64,000 nucleotides of DNA from Lama glama (lineage: Eukaryota), in assembly GCA_028534125.1 (NCBI GenBank), contig JAPYYK010000086.1, positions 1,550,001 to 1,614,000 on the forward strand, read 5' to 3'. Below the pieces are notes generated by a model. It did not search any database. It was not told where the DNA came from and saw only the letters and a list, made by a program, of their open reading frames with translations. Positions 1 to 12,980 of the stretch are shown piece after piece. The position numbers and the translations under genes were made by a program. Positions within the stretch are counted from its first letter, which is position 1. The number at the start of each line of letters is the position of its first letter.

Positions 1-92
1 CAGCTGAGTGAGTGACCTCCACCAAATCACATGGGGCTGAAGACCTCCCCAGCTGAACTCTATCCCAATTCCTAGCCCAGAGAACCATGAGA
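1..92 (+). mobile_element. ERVL-MaLR LTR fragment (MLT1-type)
   Basis: CCAGCTGAACTCTATCCCAATTCCTAGCCCAGAGAACCATGAGA resembles the MLT1 3' motif ccagctgagcccagcccaaattcctgacccacagaatcatgaga. Confidence 0.55.
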
Positions 93-688
93 AGCCCCAC
101 CCTTCTGCCTTACTCTGTTCATTTGATTATCGTAATTAAGAAGTCAGGACATTAGACTATGGTTAGGTATCAGAAAGCACAGTCCCACCTCACCCAGCTT
201 CTAAACTCTGCATCTGCATTTTACCCTAGGAATAAAATCTTGATAGAAAAATTTTGCTTAAAAAAAACCAGTTACTGCCATTTGCCATACCTCTGAAAAT
301 AAACACGATCTTCTTATAGATGCCTTGCTTTGGAGGCTATAGTTCATTTTCTTCTCCCCTAGGTTTTGGACTGGAACTGGGGCGAGGGAAATATGAATAT
401 ATCTACTGTTATTGCCGGTTTGTAAACTGCTCACCTCTTAAAAAAATCCATTCACTGCTTACAGTTGAAACAAGTATGGTATTCATGGCAAAGCTGAGAC
501 ATTACAAATTTAATCTGGCTCTGGCAACTACATATTTTAAAGAAAATTAGTTTTGCATGCTCTGTAACAAGTTGTGGATGAATTCTAATAACTTTTATTT
601 CTACGAGCACATGCCTGCAGGCACAAACACCAGACTCGTTCCGTATCTTTTATTCCTAAGGGATTTCTGGCTTCTCAGCTCAGCTTAC

Positions 689-698
689 CTGGTAGCAT
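689..698 (-). CDS. Putative coding part of a first exon (Met-Leu-Pro plus a phase-1 base) of an unidentified minus-strand gene
   Basis: Minus strand reads AAAAG-ATG-CTA-CCA-G|GTAAGC: A at -3 of the ATG and a consensus CAG|GTAAG donor. An RFX X-box lies about 60 bp upstream. No homology can be judged from 3 codons. Confidence 0.3.
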
Positions 699-754
699 CT
701 TTTTTTTTTTTTTTACACCTGGCAATGCCACACCAAAGATATGAGGTGCCTTTT

Positions 755-920
755 TAACTGTTGCCTAGCAACACTCAAACACTCAAGACCAGAAGCAACG
801 GGCGCAGCATCTCACTGTAATTCTGGTAGGAATCATATTGTGCCTAAGACTTAATTAGCCAAATTGAGGTTTTTGTGTGAACAGCAAAACTAACATGTCT
901 GCTATGGCAAAAACATGCCC
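755..920. promoter_or_regulatory. Candidate promoter: RFX X-box with MYB and p53/p63/p73-type motifs
   Basis: GTTGCCTAGCAAC (760-772) fits GTNRCC(N0-3)RGYAAC. TAACTG (755-760) and CAACGG (796-801) fit MYB YAACKG. TAACATGTCT (891-900) and AAACATGCCC (911-920) are near-consensus and consensus RRRCWWGYYY half-sites. Confidence 0.5.
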
Positions 921-1908
921 TGGGACACATACCATACAGAGAAGAGCTGTTACATTTCTACCGCATCTTGTAGTTGTTGTGAAATTGTTACAAGTCAAGA
1001 TAAATATCTAGGAGAAAGTATCCACATATTCTTTGCAGATTATTATACCTATATCAAATACTTCTCCATCTGTGGTCTGACCTCTAAACCTAGTTTTTCT
1101 AGCTTATTTTCCTAAACTATGTTTTCATCATAATCCAAGGATATCATTTTATGAATCTTCTGACATTGGCTTTCCAGACTATCTCTGTAGATTCTGCTTT
1201 GAAGTTTGTAGTTTCGCAAACAGCTCCATCACCAAAAACTGTGGTATGTATCATGTTTGCTATTTAAATTGTCTTCTCAACATGATTTCAGAGATTTTGC
1301 TGGTCACCTGACTCCTAATATTTCACTGCCATAAATTAAAGATATCACTAACCGAGTTCATCAGTGAACAAAAAAAAATCTTTAACCATATGAATTATTA
1401 CTCTTTCATTGTTTATTGGGAATTTTTCACTTACAGTTTCTCCCTCGTAAAGCTGAACTGTCTAAGAATATTTTTTGCACAAAGCACAACAGAATGAGGG
1501 CTGAGATTGTTCCTAGCTGAAACATTTTAACATTTCACTTCATTTTGAAAGAGCTGGATTTGTTTTTAAATCTAATTCTTTAGGAAAAAGAAAATTCTTA
1601 CTTGCCAAAGAGTGGCAAAAGAGTGCTATGAGAAGGTAACTTTAATCTCATAAAAGAAATGAAACTGGTAAGAAGAAATCACATGGTGCATTTCTGTCAT
1701 TAGCTGATGAGATGCATTACTTTCCAAGTAGTTTAAAAAGAGGAGCCCTGTCTCATATAAAGCTGCTGGATGAACACATGTGCCCAAAAAAGGCAAGGGC
1801 TGGCCAGCATCTGGCGGTTCCAAGCTCCTGTGTGTGCCCTTTTTGCAAAGCCACATTAACCAAGGCAGCTGAGTTTTGAAAGTAGCTACACAGTCACAGT
1901 GAAGAGCA

Positions 1909-2075
1909 GGGGGAGGGTATAGTGCAGTGGTAGAGTGCATGCCTAGCAAGCACAAGGTCCTTGGTTCAATCCCCAGCACCACCATTAAGAAGAAATAAAT
2001 GAACAAATACGCCTAATTGCCTCCCCCTCAACAATAAATAAATAAAAAGGTTTTTTAAAAAAGAATTTTAAAAAA
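1909..2075 (+). mobile_element. Camelid tRNA-Ala-derived SINE (Vic-1-like)
   Basis: GGGGAGGGTATAGTGCAGTGGTAGAG...GGTTCAATCCCCAGCACC (A and B boxes), then a cctaattgcctccccc body and an A-rich tail. Confidence 0.9.
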
Positions 2076-4935
2076 TGAAGACTGATCGAACCTGCCTTGG
2101 TTATGTTCAGCTCAGATTGTACTTTGGGCATTAGCTCTGTGACCACGTAGGGTATCTGACAGGGCCAGACCCGTAGGGGTTGTCCTAACCCCACAAGAGA
2201 AGTTCATCGGGTGTTTCAGGTTCCCTGTGTGTCTGCTCCACCCCCCAGGAAAGGTCCCAGCCAACTCATGTAATGGCACTTTACAGTCCTGGTATGAAGG
2301 CTGCAACTGACAGTTTAAGAACTAAAGAATGGCTTGTCATTTTGTCTAATCTCTCTGAACACGATTTTCCTCTTTGGTAAAATGAAGATAATCCCTCATG
2401 CCCTACTTTTTCACAGGAGTGTTGGCGGGGTGGGGAATCAGACGGTAAGGAACGTGAACTAAACATTTCCCACGATCCAGACCCTCTTAGCACATTACAA
2501 GCCTTGTTCCAGCAAATCCTCGCAACGACTTTATGAGATCGATCCAGAGATCAGACTGAGGCTGAGAGAAGTTCTACACCCAGCCCAGGGAGGATCTGGT
2601 AAGGGGCAAAGGCAAGATCTGAAGCATCTGACTTGTAACTACTCAGCTGCCCCACCTCCAATACAAGACAGATGCAAACAGCTATGACGTGGGAAAACGA
2701 CAGGTCGATATCAAATATCACTATTATCAAAACTTCCTAGTGGGAAACCTTTATTTAAAAGTTGCATATGGGTGTGTGCATTGACATACATTATTTTTCA
2801 ACATTCCTATGTTTTTTATTTGAGGCGGGATTATGTTTCTATTCAGATGACTTTTTTAGATGGCAGTCATATATGAACAGTGTAGAAAATCTGGAAAACA
2901 CAGAAAAGTCTTAAGAAAAACAAGTGTGATGGCAAGTCAAATATAGAAGCATGTTGGAACAGCAGCAACCGTCTCCTCTCGAGAAAAAGAAATAAGTCCA
3001 ATAGAGTGCTTTTCTGTCGGAGGAAGAAGAGAGCATTTCAGCACCAGCCGTAGTTAGAACGCTGCCATTTGTTAAGTGAGGGTCAGGATGACATACTGAC
3101 CACAGCAAGCTGTCAAAGCTTTTCAGCTATAATTAGATCAAACAAATCAAAAGAATAGCTCGTCAAGCAACAGAATGAGTCAACAGAGGTAGGATTTAGC
3201 AGACGCGCAGAGACTCCGGTTTTGCTAGTATCCCTGAAGAAATGTTTGTTTCTCGAAATTCCAGATCGAGAAGAAAGATTTCAGTAGTTTAGCAGTCTAC
3301 GCAGGGTGATTTAGGCCGTATTGATTTGTGAAGAACGACCTGAGGACTGATTCAGGCAAGTGCTCATTCTGGGACCGGAGCCAAGGGTCAGGGAATTCCT
3401 AGAATTCAGAGTTGCACCTTGGACTTTAGAGAGACTTGGAGACAGGCATGTGAGGTGAGAGCAGGAGACTGGACTCTGACCACCAGGGGCTCTTTCAAAG
3501 GAGGAGGTGATTACTAGAAACGCACAGTCAGGAACGTGCTTTTAGGTAATTGCTGGAAAGAAGAAATCTAAGACAAGAACCAGAGAATCCCAGAGGACGA
3601 GAAAGACTTCCAGGGAGCCTGCTGAGAATGAATTCAGAGGCGAAGGAATCTCACGATGACGTCAAATGGACCTGGCCCTATCTCCATTCCTATCAGAAAC
3701 GGAGGCCCTTCCTGTCTTTCCCTGAGCTGTCTTACATTCCCCTCTAATGTCACCTTCACTCACACTGAGAGGAACGACATTTTGATACGGTTTCACTGGA
3801 CAGCTTGTCACCCACAAGGCCTCTCCCCAGGTTCAGGGGCTGCAGCGAACCCTCTAAAATCACCACGTTTTCGTTCAAACCTAATCCTAGTCGGTACCAG
3901 CTCCACCCTTTCCATGGCATCTTCAGCTACTAACTTGGGAAAGGGAACTTTCCAGGAAAAAAGACTGATTGTGGTGGAGAACACACACAGGCACCCCACA
4001 CCGGCAAAGTGCCCCCAGGGACGCGTGAAGCACTTTTCCCAAGATTATGTACAAAGTTCTTGAATTCCACTAGTCGTGCCCTTTGTTCTTCTGCAAGCAT
4101 GAGCAATCCAGAGCTCTGATTCCAGGCCAGTTATAGGCAACATGTGGGAGCAGAGAAAAAACTGACCTTGGTCTGTTTCAGGAAAATGTTCCTGAGCTGA
4201 TATTTCATGGAGCCTTCTTTCTGAAATGCTGTGACCTGCATCACCTGAGACACTTACTCTAGACTTAACTGTTACATATAACGGAGCATAAACTGTGTCA
4301 CGCTAATAAAATAATTTGCATAATGAATAGGCACCAAGTCTTATCCCCTTAAGCAGAGAATGTGTTTCATACACCCATTGATTTAAGAAAACACAAACCC
4401 CAGAATGTCTGAAATATCAGGAAAGGAAGTTTTCAATTCATGTAATTGTTTCCTGCACTAACCAAACAATAATTTGACTTTATATCCGTCTTCCTTTGCT
4501 TAAAAAAAAAAAACCCTTTTCAATTTTAATTTCTCACAAGCAGTTTTCATGAAGAACCACTAAAAAGGAATCAAAGGAATCGAACAGGGAGACTCATTCT
4601 GCTCAGGCAACAAAATCAGCAAACAATGAAAGCCATTTCAGGAACTAAAGGTTATGAAAAGAAATACAAGCTGTAATCCTTGCCTTCAGTGCTTTATGAC
4701 AAAGTAACCACCATTATCCACTCCTTCCCTCTTATTCCAGTCATTTCTTCATTCATCAATAGTAACCATCTATTCGCTTCTCATCCACTGCGTAGTGACC
4801 GTAGATTATCACAAATCACCTCCGGTAGGTTGTTGCACTATTATGTAGGTAAGCTGAACAAAGTGTTATTTTTAGAGCATAGATGTACATGTAATTACAT
4901 GTAGCATTTAAGTCCTCCCAGCCTCCTAATTCTAA

Positions 4936-5027
4936 TTTTTTTTTTTTAATGGAGGCACTGGGGATTGAACCCAGGATCTCATGCATGCTAAGCACATGCT
5001 CTACCACTGAGCTGGCTACGCCTACCC
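4936..5027 (-). mobile_element. Camelid tRNA-Ala-derived SINE, short form
   Basis: Reverse-complement tRNA head with poly-T. Flanked by an approximately 18-bp target-site duplication (TSD), cctcctaat(t/c)c(t/c)aatttt, at 4922-4939 and 5028-5045. Confidence 0.9.
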
Positions 5028-5805
5028 CCTCCTAATCCCAATTTTGATATGCCTGTTTCCTTACTCTGAGAAAAAAATTCACACATGGGTCAGTCATTTC
5101 CCACAAGAAAGCACTTCACTGCTTGTATTCAATAAACTTTCTTAAAAAGAAATTTGGATAATTTCTCAGTAATGCTTTTTTCTCCCTTTAGATTATGGAA
5201 AATAGAGTTGTACACTGGATGAGCAAGTTTAAATTAATTGTGACTTCATGCTTTTATGTTTATGCATGTCTTTAATTATGGGCAAAAACTATTCAGCATA
5301 TAGTTAATGAGATTTTTCTCAAGCAATTATATGAAGTTTCCAACAAGGAGATTGGACTTGCATTTTTTATGTGTCCATTTAAATTTCAGGATCAATATTG
5401 TGAATAGGAAAGATATTCTGATACAAACTTAGAAAGTAACTTGGATTTCTCTTTTTATTTCCATTTCATAAATGAGATTCAGCAAAGACTAATTCTGCTC
5501 CGTGTCTGGTAGTAATGAAACTGCTTTCTTTTTTTCTAGCCTACTATGTCATTCTTCCCCGATTGTCAAATAGATGTTTGGTTTTTTTTTACTTTTTTTC
5601 ATATTCTATTCATGGTTTTATTTCCTTCATTTAGTAGTTCGTATACAACACATTTTTCTGAATTAAAACACCAGTAATCGAAATTATACCCACGGTTCAT
5701 TGATGCTCCCCTCAAATTGGTAACCTTGGCCTAATACACCAATTTATTCTAAAACTCATAATTGCCTGCATGTATAATCTGGTTTTCAATTTTGCCCTGA
5801 CACCA

Positions 5806-5861
5806 TTTTTTTTTTATTGAAGTGTAGTCAGTTACAATGTGTCAATTAATGGTGTACAGCA
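5806..5861 (-). mobile_element. Short L1 3' terminus
   Basis: Poly-T followed by TTATTGAAGTGTAGTCAGTTACAATGTGTCAATTAATGGTGTACAGCA, typical of a cetartiodactyl L1 3' end in reverse. Confidence 0.7.
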
Positions 5862-7099
5862 GACGTTTTATTTTTATAAATAACCACGTCTATATTACAC
5901 ACACGTATGTTTTAAAATAACTCAATAAACCCTGTAAAACACTCATGTTGACGTCTTCCCCAAGAAGAGTCAGGGGTGTGACCTAAGTTTGGGTCGTTTA
6001 TGGTGATGACCTAGCAAAATGATCAAGGGAAAAAAAGTGTTCCAAGTTCCCGTTCTACTGATTTCACTTACGGAATGCCAGCTGGTTTCAGCATTTCCCT
6101 GTTTACATGAATACTAATTTCAAGCTTTTCGAACAGCCCTTGTTTGATTAAGGAAAGTTAGGAACAGGACATGAGCGAGTGGGCCAGTGTTTAATGCAGC
6201 CTGTGTGCCTTGGGTTTCAAATAAACGCGTGAGACTCTGGTGTCTGGAGAGTATCTACTGGATCTCTTATTCTCAGCTGCATAATCTTCCAGACTAAACT
6301 GCACCAGAAATCCCCCATGTGCCCCCACAGAGGGTAAATCATCAGATATGGCTCTGCCTCTCCCCCCTTTTCTTACCCTCACCCCCGACTCTGCACATGA
6401 TTATCTAAAACATGCAGGCCTGATATTTTCACTAAAATCCTGCAATTACAAGTATTACATAACCAGCCCGCTGTTGTTTCCAATTTAAAAATATTTTTTA
6501 AAAAGTGACAAAACCAGCCTGCCATAAATGTGATTTAAGGATAAGTCTGTAAGTAACCTCACTGAGGGATTCTGAGGTAGATCCAAAACACTTTCTTCCA
6601 ACTCTTTGCCCCATGACTGATCCATCTTTAAATACTTTAAAATACATGACGGAAAATAAAGAAATATTTCTGACCTGAGTATATGGACGTTCACTGGGAC
6701 TAAGGGAATTTCACTTAGAAATTGGTTTTTCTTTTTCACACGATTTCAGCTTTTGCAGAATTAGCTCTGATGTGAATAATATTCTCACATAATTGCAAAC
6801 ACATTTTTCATTCCGTACAACTTTCAAAAGATATTGCTCAAGGAAGCCCCTAATGCAAGCTTTGTTCAGAGGAAAAACCATATTTAAAATTAAAAAAAAA
6901 AAGAGTAAACCCTGCAGTTACCTAAAAGGAGCCTAAACAGAGAAACAGCATGGGAACGTTTTTAAGAGTGGAAATGTGTAAAAATATGTATTAAAAAAAA
7001 AAAGGTTCATATATTGATCCAAATAAACAGGAGATTTAAAAGACATCACAAAAACAGTGTGAAAATATGGACAATTCAGTACTTGACCCTGATGTAACT

Positions 7100-8130
7100 G
7101 AGTAGCATTGTAGGGGGGAAATTCGTATCTTACTCCAGGACAAATTCCAAATGGATAAAAAAATTTGAAGACAATGAAAACTACTCAAGTGCTTGAAGAA
7201 AAACAGGACGCCCTCTTAATGATCTTGGAGTACAGTTGCCCTTTCCAACCAGGAGTCAAATCCAAAAGCCATGAAAGAAAATACCGATAAATTCAACAAC
7301 ATGAAAATAAAACTTCTGTGGCAAAAGCCACCCCAAGCAAGTCAAAAAACAAATGAGAAAGTGGGAAAAAAATATTTGCAACTCATAGTACTAATAAAGA
7401 TCTTACCTTCCTAATACAAAAGGGCTTTTTCAAATTGAGGGAGGGAAAAGGACTAAAAGTCCAATAGAAAATCTTAAAAGAAATAAACAATAAAAACATG
7501 AAATACCATTTTTCTCTAATCACTCACCAAAAAAGTCTAAAAGACTGAGAACACCAAATGGACAATAAACATTCTCCTATATGGCTGGTGGAAGCATAAA
7601 TGAGTGCAATCTGTAAGTTAGTGCCAAGGCAGGGCATTTTTGGCAATAGCTGCTCTCATTACTAATGACTCTATCTTTCACTGGCAGATTCTACATTTCT
7701 GAGTATACTTGTTAAGCAACCACACATAAGGTTGTTCCCTGCAGAACCGTTTATTAAAAACAACCCAAAAGTCAAATAAATCAGGGTACATCCATGCAGT
7801 GTAATACTCTACAGCTTTTTGAAAAAAACAAAAGTGAAAGGATTTGCATACTGATACAAAAAGAGCTGCAGGAAATTAGCAGGAATAAAGTGAAGGCTCA
7901 ACGGTGTGCTCAGAACTTCAGCTTTTGCTCAAAAAGAGACAAGCTTGTATCGAGATCTGCTGGTATGTCCTAAAAAGCCTGCGTACACACACATGACTGA
8001 TAATAACTTCCAGGGTGTGGTCAACGATCGTTGGGAACTAAGCAGATGTGGGAACAGGATGGAGAGACATTTCAATGTTCGGATTCCTTGATTTTTTCAA
8101 TAACGTACATATTGCCTATTCAAATATTAA
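7100..8130 (+). mobile_element. Old L1 (L1ME-like), ORF2 3' part and 3' UTR, degenerate
   Basis: A-rich strand with L1 motifs: aaattccaaatggataaaaaa, gataaattcaacaacatgaaaataaaacttctgt, gaaaaaaatatttgcaactcat, atgaaataccattttt. Confidence 0.75.
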
Positions 8131-8899
8131 ATGTAAATTAACATGTTTACCTAATCTAAGCCTAGGAGATGATTACATTTCCTTCTGGTTCTCTCTCTCT
8201 CTAATGGCACATTTTCTGTAAGTGCACGTTGTGCTAGGAATTTAAAATTAATTAGGTTTGGTTGAAATGTATCATTGAAAGAGTAAATTGCAAAAATCAT
8301 TTTAATGGTATACTTGACTTTTCTTCGTCAGTGTACGCTTTCTTTTTGTACAGCTCTGTCCTTATGTCTCCACTTCAAATAAACTCATTCCATTTTGCTT
8401 AGAAATATGTGAGAACGTTCACCGATCAAGGAGCCTAACCTTGTCACTGAAGAGTTTTAATCAATTTGAAGCTTTCATAAGCATATAAGCATGTTAAATT
8501 TTTTTTAATGTTAAACTTTACATTTTTTATCACGTGCATGAAGTTTCACTGAAGAAGTTAATTGGCCATCTGCATTTCTTATCCACTTTTCCTCCTTCTT
8601 AAGTGAAATATAATATCTTAGTTTTACCCTAAGATTAAAAATCATTGCTTGAAGTGGTAAGAAATTGTCTTCAGCACATGCAAGGATATTTTCCTGCCTG
8701 TGTGAGATCATCACCAAACTACGCCATCCTCCTTTTAGAGACCTTTTGGCTCTTTAGCTTTAAATACATGAATTCTTTTTTTTTTTAACTTGACACAATT
8801 AAGATTTTTATCCCAGTTCATTCCAAACACAATTTAAACTTCAAGCACTCCCTTTAAAAAAGGCTTGTTCCTCCTCCCAACCCTGGTTAGTGGCCCTCA

Positions 8900-9121
8900 A
8901 CCCACCTTGTAGGTATCTTTTGAAACACTTCCCATAATTATTAAGTAATTAGTTGCATCATTTGTTGTTTCACGTTTTGTCTCCCTGATCGAATACAAGG
9001 ATCTGAACCAAATCTCCCGTATTGGCCACAGCGTATTCCCAAGGCCCCAAGAAAGTGTAACAAAGGGCCTTGTACAAAGTAGATTCTCAATTTCTACTTG
9101 TTGAGTAAGTGAACAAATGAA
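8900..9121 (+). mobile_element. L2 3' end
   Basis: tgtctccc...agtagattctcaatttctacttgttgagtaagtgaacaaatgaa resembles the L2 terminus. Confidence 0.55.
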
Positions 9122-9740
9122 ATGTCTTTGTTTCTTCCCAACATCCCTTCATCTTCTAGAAATCTAAGCTCCTAGATGTTAGAGAGTGCTTCAGAGGAGT
9201 TGGTTAAGTGTAGTTACAGCACAGCACAAAACCAAATTCTATACCTGATTAATTTATTATGAATATAACAAAGCAGTCATTTATCTGTGGCAGCACTAAT
9301 GTTGACAGACCCAGGAACTCAACATCCTTGAAATAACAGAACGTGGCTGGCTTGGTTAGAAATAATGCTGAAAATTTCGAAATATATTTTGCACCAATAA
9401 TCCTGACCACTAGCATTTCTTACATTTTACTAAGACTATCAACTACAGCTGTGAGGGGTTGGTTACCTATTCCCCAGGGTGGGTTCTAGATAGAATCCTG
9501 TGGACCTCCAGCAGGCAGTATTTTTTCTGAAAGACCCACAAAACTGAGCCAGCACTGGATATTAAAAATATTTACAGGATGTACAAATGGAAAGTATATC
9601 TTCCATTCAAAATGGTTTAATTTTCCTTGGGTTGTTATAATGACAATTTCTTTAACCTGATATGATAACAGATTTTTAAAATGTAATCATGTATTTATTT
9701 TATGGTTTGCACAAGATGTACCTTTAGTGCATCCAGATTT

Positions 9741-9872
9741 NNNNNNNNNNNNNNNNNNNNNNNNNNNNNNNNNNNNNNNNNNNNNNNNNNNNNNNNNNNN
9801 NNNNNNNNNNNNNNNNNNNNNNNNNNNNNNNNNNNNNNNNNNNNNNNNNNNNNNNNNNNNNNNNNNNNNNNN
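9741..9872. other. Assembly gap (132 N)
   Basis: N run. Confidence 1.
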
Positions 9873-11499
9873 AGGAATGGCTTTTACAAGTTACACAGAA
9901 AAATAATGTGATTTTGCATTTTTATCATTAAAAACTGTCCGTGTTGTATATGGTTTTATCATGAATATTAAACACAGCCCAGACCGTTTAACACAGCCAG
10001 TTAGGCTCTGTGAAGTGGAACTCCTTAATGAAACAGAACTGGTTATGATCTTAAGAATAACTAGGAAAACTAGCTTAAAAGTACCTATTTTTACGGATTT
10101 CTTTCTACTTTAAAAAAAGCATATTGAATAAAACCTCTCAACACTTGTCAGCTCTCCTGTGAACATACCATATAAATGGACTGGCACCGACTGCCAGGAA
10201 AAACGAAAGGCCAAATTACTCTCTTCCACCCATGCTGTGAAGTTCAGAAAGAAATCTGTCCTAGACCCGTACCATACAGATAGCAGACAATGAGCCATTT
10301 AGAAGGAACTGAAGGATGGATAAAATTCCTCAGATTTCTCCGCACAATAGCAGAGATCTTATTTTCTTAGTCACCCTCTCAAGTTTAAATGCCTCTGGCT
10401 GGTTGCTCACAGCACAAAACAAAGGTGCATGTTTTCAAATGTCTAATTTGCTTAAGCTCTGAGAATTCCAGCAAAAAAAAAAAAATTAATAGCTGCAGAA
10501 GGCAAAGGAAGGTAGGGTCACAGACTTACCTAATTACAAATGTATCCACAGTGCGATCGGCTGCCAGTGCAAATATGGAGGAGGGATCACTAGTACCCAG
10601 ATAAATTCAGAACTGAAAAGTGTTGGAGTCCGTTTTGTACACTGTTCTGGTAAACATGGAACCATTAGGTCACAGTTGATAGCCACCCTAAGAGTATTTT
10701 CTTTATACAAAACTTAAGACGCCAGCTCCTGAATTTTGTAAATGCAGCAGTTCATAACGCAGGACCATCCTTTCAACCCCTCCATCCTGAAGTGGGAAAA
10801 GGGTTGAAAAGCCTGTTAGGACCAGCCTGCGTTAGAAGGGGTGGGAGCCTGTGAGGGACAGGGGAGCGATGCAAACTAAGTAAGGTTTAAAGAGAAATTA
10901 GGAGACACCTGCCCTGCCGCTGACCACCGCCAAACGACCCGCTTCCCAGCGGGACTCTCGACTTCAATTTGTCTGTTTTTTCTTCCTCAAACTCAAAACA
11001 TCAAACTCACCCTTCACTCTCCTTTTCCCAAAGTGCTCTTCCACCTGTGGGTCCCTGTTGACGTGAAAACACCTAACGGCCAGTCCCGGAAACCTGGGAG
11101 CGGCCCGGTTCCAGCCCCTCCCAGTCAGTCATCCAGTCCTGCGGAGTCTACTTCTGAAATAGCTTCAGAGAGGTTCCCATTTCTTCCATCCCTCCAACGG
11201 CCAACAGCCTCCTAAATTATCTCCCCCCTCCACCCGTCCCCGGCTCCAAGTGATTTAAGACTGATTATACCTCCCCCAAATTCACACCTGGCTTTCAGAG
11301 TCGTCATACTTTTTCTCATCTTATTTCAACTCCAGTTTATCTCCGTGGCTTTATCTGGAGCCTCTCCCGCACACAAACACCAACACGCTTTGCTTTTTGG
11401 TTGCCAAGAGCAGAGTGCTGGATCAAAACCGAAAACCTTTGTGTTTTTCCTTTTTCCCTTGCCAGGAATACTTTCCTTCTCTGTTGCTTGATGAGCACC

Positions 11500-11720
11500 A
11501 CCTCATCATCCCTTTTGCCTCAGCGTGGAAAGCCCTTCCTTCGGGAAGACTTTCTCACCTCCAATGTCAGGGAGCTACTGTGGCCCCGAGCTCCTCTTCC
11601 TCCCAGCACTTGGGCTGAACGGGGCTGTTTCCTCGATGGAGCTCCTGTGAGCTGGGCTCATTGTTCACCACCCACTAGGCCCAGAACCTAGTAAGCCTTT
11701 GTAAGTAAGGGTTAAATGAA
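11500..11720 (+). mobile_element. L2 fragment
   Basis: cctcagcgtggaaagcccttcct ... ctcctgtgagctggg ... gttcacc ... cccagaacctag ... aaatgaac. Confidence 0.45.
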
Positions 11721-11959
11721 CAGACCTAAGTCTAACATCCAGGACAGAATCCAACTGAATGCATTTCATACAACTCATGCGTCACCAAGTGAAGTTTTCC
11801 AGGCGTTTTGACTTATTTTAATAGAACAGGATGTCCCAAACACACCAGATTACAAGAATGACCTGAGTCACCTGTTAAAATGACAGAGTCCTATCTCTGA
11901 AAGAGACACAGAGGAAACTGGTAAAAGTGTCTCATATCATGAGATAGAACCAACAAGAA

Positions 11960-12082
11960 CGAGATAAGACACTGCTCAGTTCCAGACCCACTGAAACCAT
12001 GTGAAGGAATAAATGTTTCCTATTGTTTTAAACTGCTAAGCTTTGGGGGGATGTTGTGACATAGCCTTAGATAACTAATACA
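11960..12082 (+). mobile_element. ERVL-MaLR LTR 3' end (MLT1)
   Basis: aataaatgtttcctattgttttaaactgctaagctttggggg...atagccttagataactaataca is the canonical MLT1 terminus. Confidence 0.8.
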
Positions 12083-12843
12083 ACCATATTTTCCCACACT
12101 TTTAGATCTTACCAGTGGTCCCATGTCCACTTCATTTTCATCTCCCAACTGGCAAAAACGTTGTAGTTCTTTTTTCTTAAGCCTGCAGAGGAGGTCCTGT
12201 CATGTGACACCTGCTTTCACAGGCTGAGTGCCAGGTCGGAGTGCCATCACAGACGGTCTGGCTTGGGCAAGGAACACCTCTTCAGTCCTGTCGGCCAGCC
12301 ATGTAAAGACTGGAGTGTTCTGCTGCCTGTGGTTGCCTGAGGTTTGGCTTGAGAGAATGGGGAAAAAACCAAGAGATCTTTCTGGTAGTGATGCAGTGCT
12401 GTGTGTTTGTCCACAGTAGGCCAGTTCTGGCATCCTCCGTGCCTTCTGAAGCCTAGAAACAGAGGGCAGAGGACTGTAAGTGACTTTAGCTTGGGATGCA
12501 GGATCCATTCACTGTGCTTTGCTAAACCCTAGAGTCTGAGCTGAAAATATTACTCTCTATGTTGACCGAGGGGATGCACACCCAATTTTCATCTGGCGAA
12601 TTGTATGTGTGTGGCATCACCAGTCTCCGGAAGAGTATTCCCTGCATAGTTACCCTCCAAGCTCCAGGAGTACTTTGAAAGGAAGCCAGCACCCTCTCCC
12701 TCCTGGATGTCACCTACAAGAACCACATTTGATTTCACTAATGAATTATCAGCCAAAGACTTAAAACAAATGTATGCCTTCACCTTAATGCCAGCTCTTC
12801 CCCTGTTCTGCCAGTTTTTGATAGTTCTAGTCCTTTGGCTTAC

Positions 12844-12940
12844 CTCTGAGTGGACACCTGATGACTTGAAAATCTAAAATCCTAAACCCACTGGTGTGAT
12901 TCTGCTTGTCTAGAAAAGCAAAAGTCCATTTGTGAAACAT
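12844..12940 (-). CDS. Putative exon of an unidentified minus-strand gene (MFHKWTFAFLDKQNHTSGFRILDFQVIRCPLR, phase-1 end)
   Basis: ATG at 12940, open for 32 codons to a GAG|GTAAGC donor. Alternatively a 66-nt internal exon (12844-12909) after the acceptor cttttgcttttctag, open only in this frame. The peptide is not recognised. Confidence 0.22.
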
Positions 12941-12980
12941 CCAAAGGAATTAGGAGAATGTGGGCTGTATGTTGCTTGGT

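Noticed and set aside
1909-1985. tRNA-Ala-like sequences (also at 4950-5027, 36496-36571, 40835-40910 and 51126-51202) as tRNA genes
   Set aside because: All have A-rich tails, SINE body sequence and/or TSDs, and mismatched stems. They are SINE heads, not tRNA genes.
3480-3493. CCACCAGGGGCT as a CTCF site (similar partial matches near 40510 and 41470)
   Set aside because: Each lacks a base or has mismatches in the AGRKGGC core.
10771-10809. Hairpin tttcaaccc...gggttgaaa as a miRNA or structured RNA
   Set aside because: Only a 9-bp stem, too short for a pre-miRNA and expected by chance in 64 kb.
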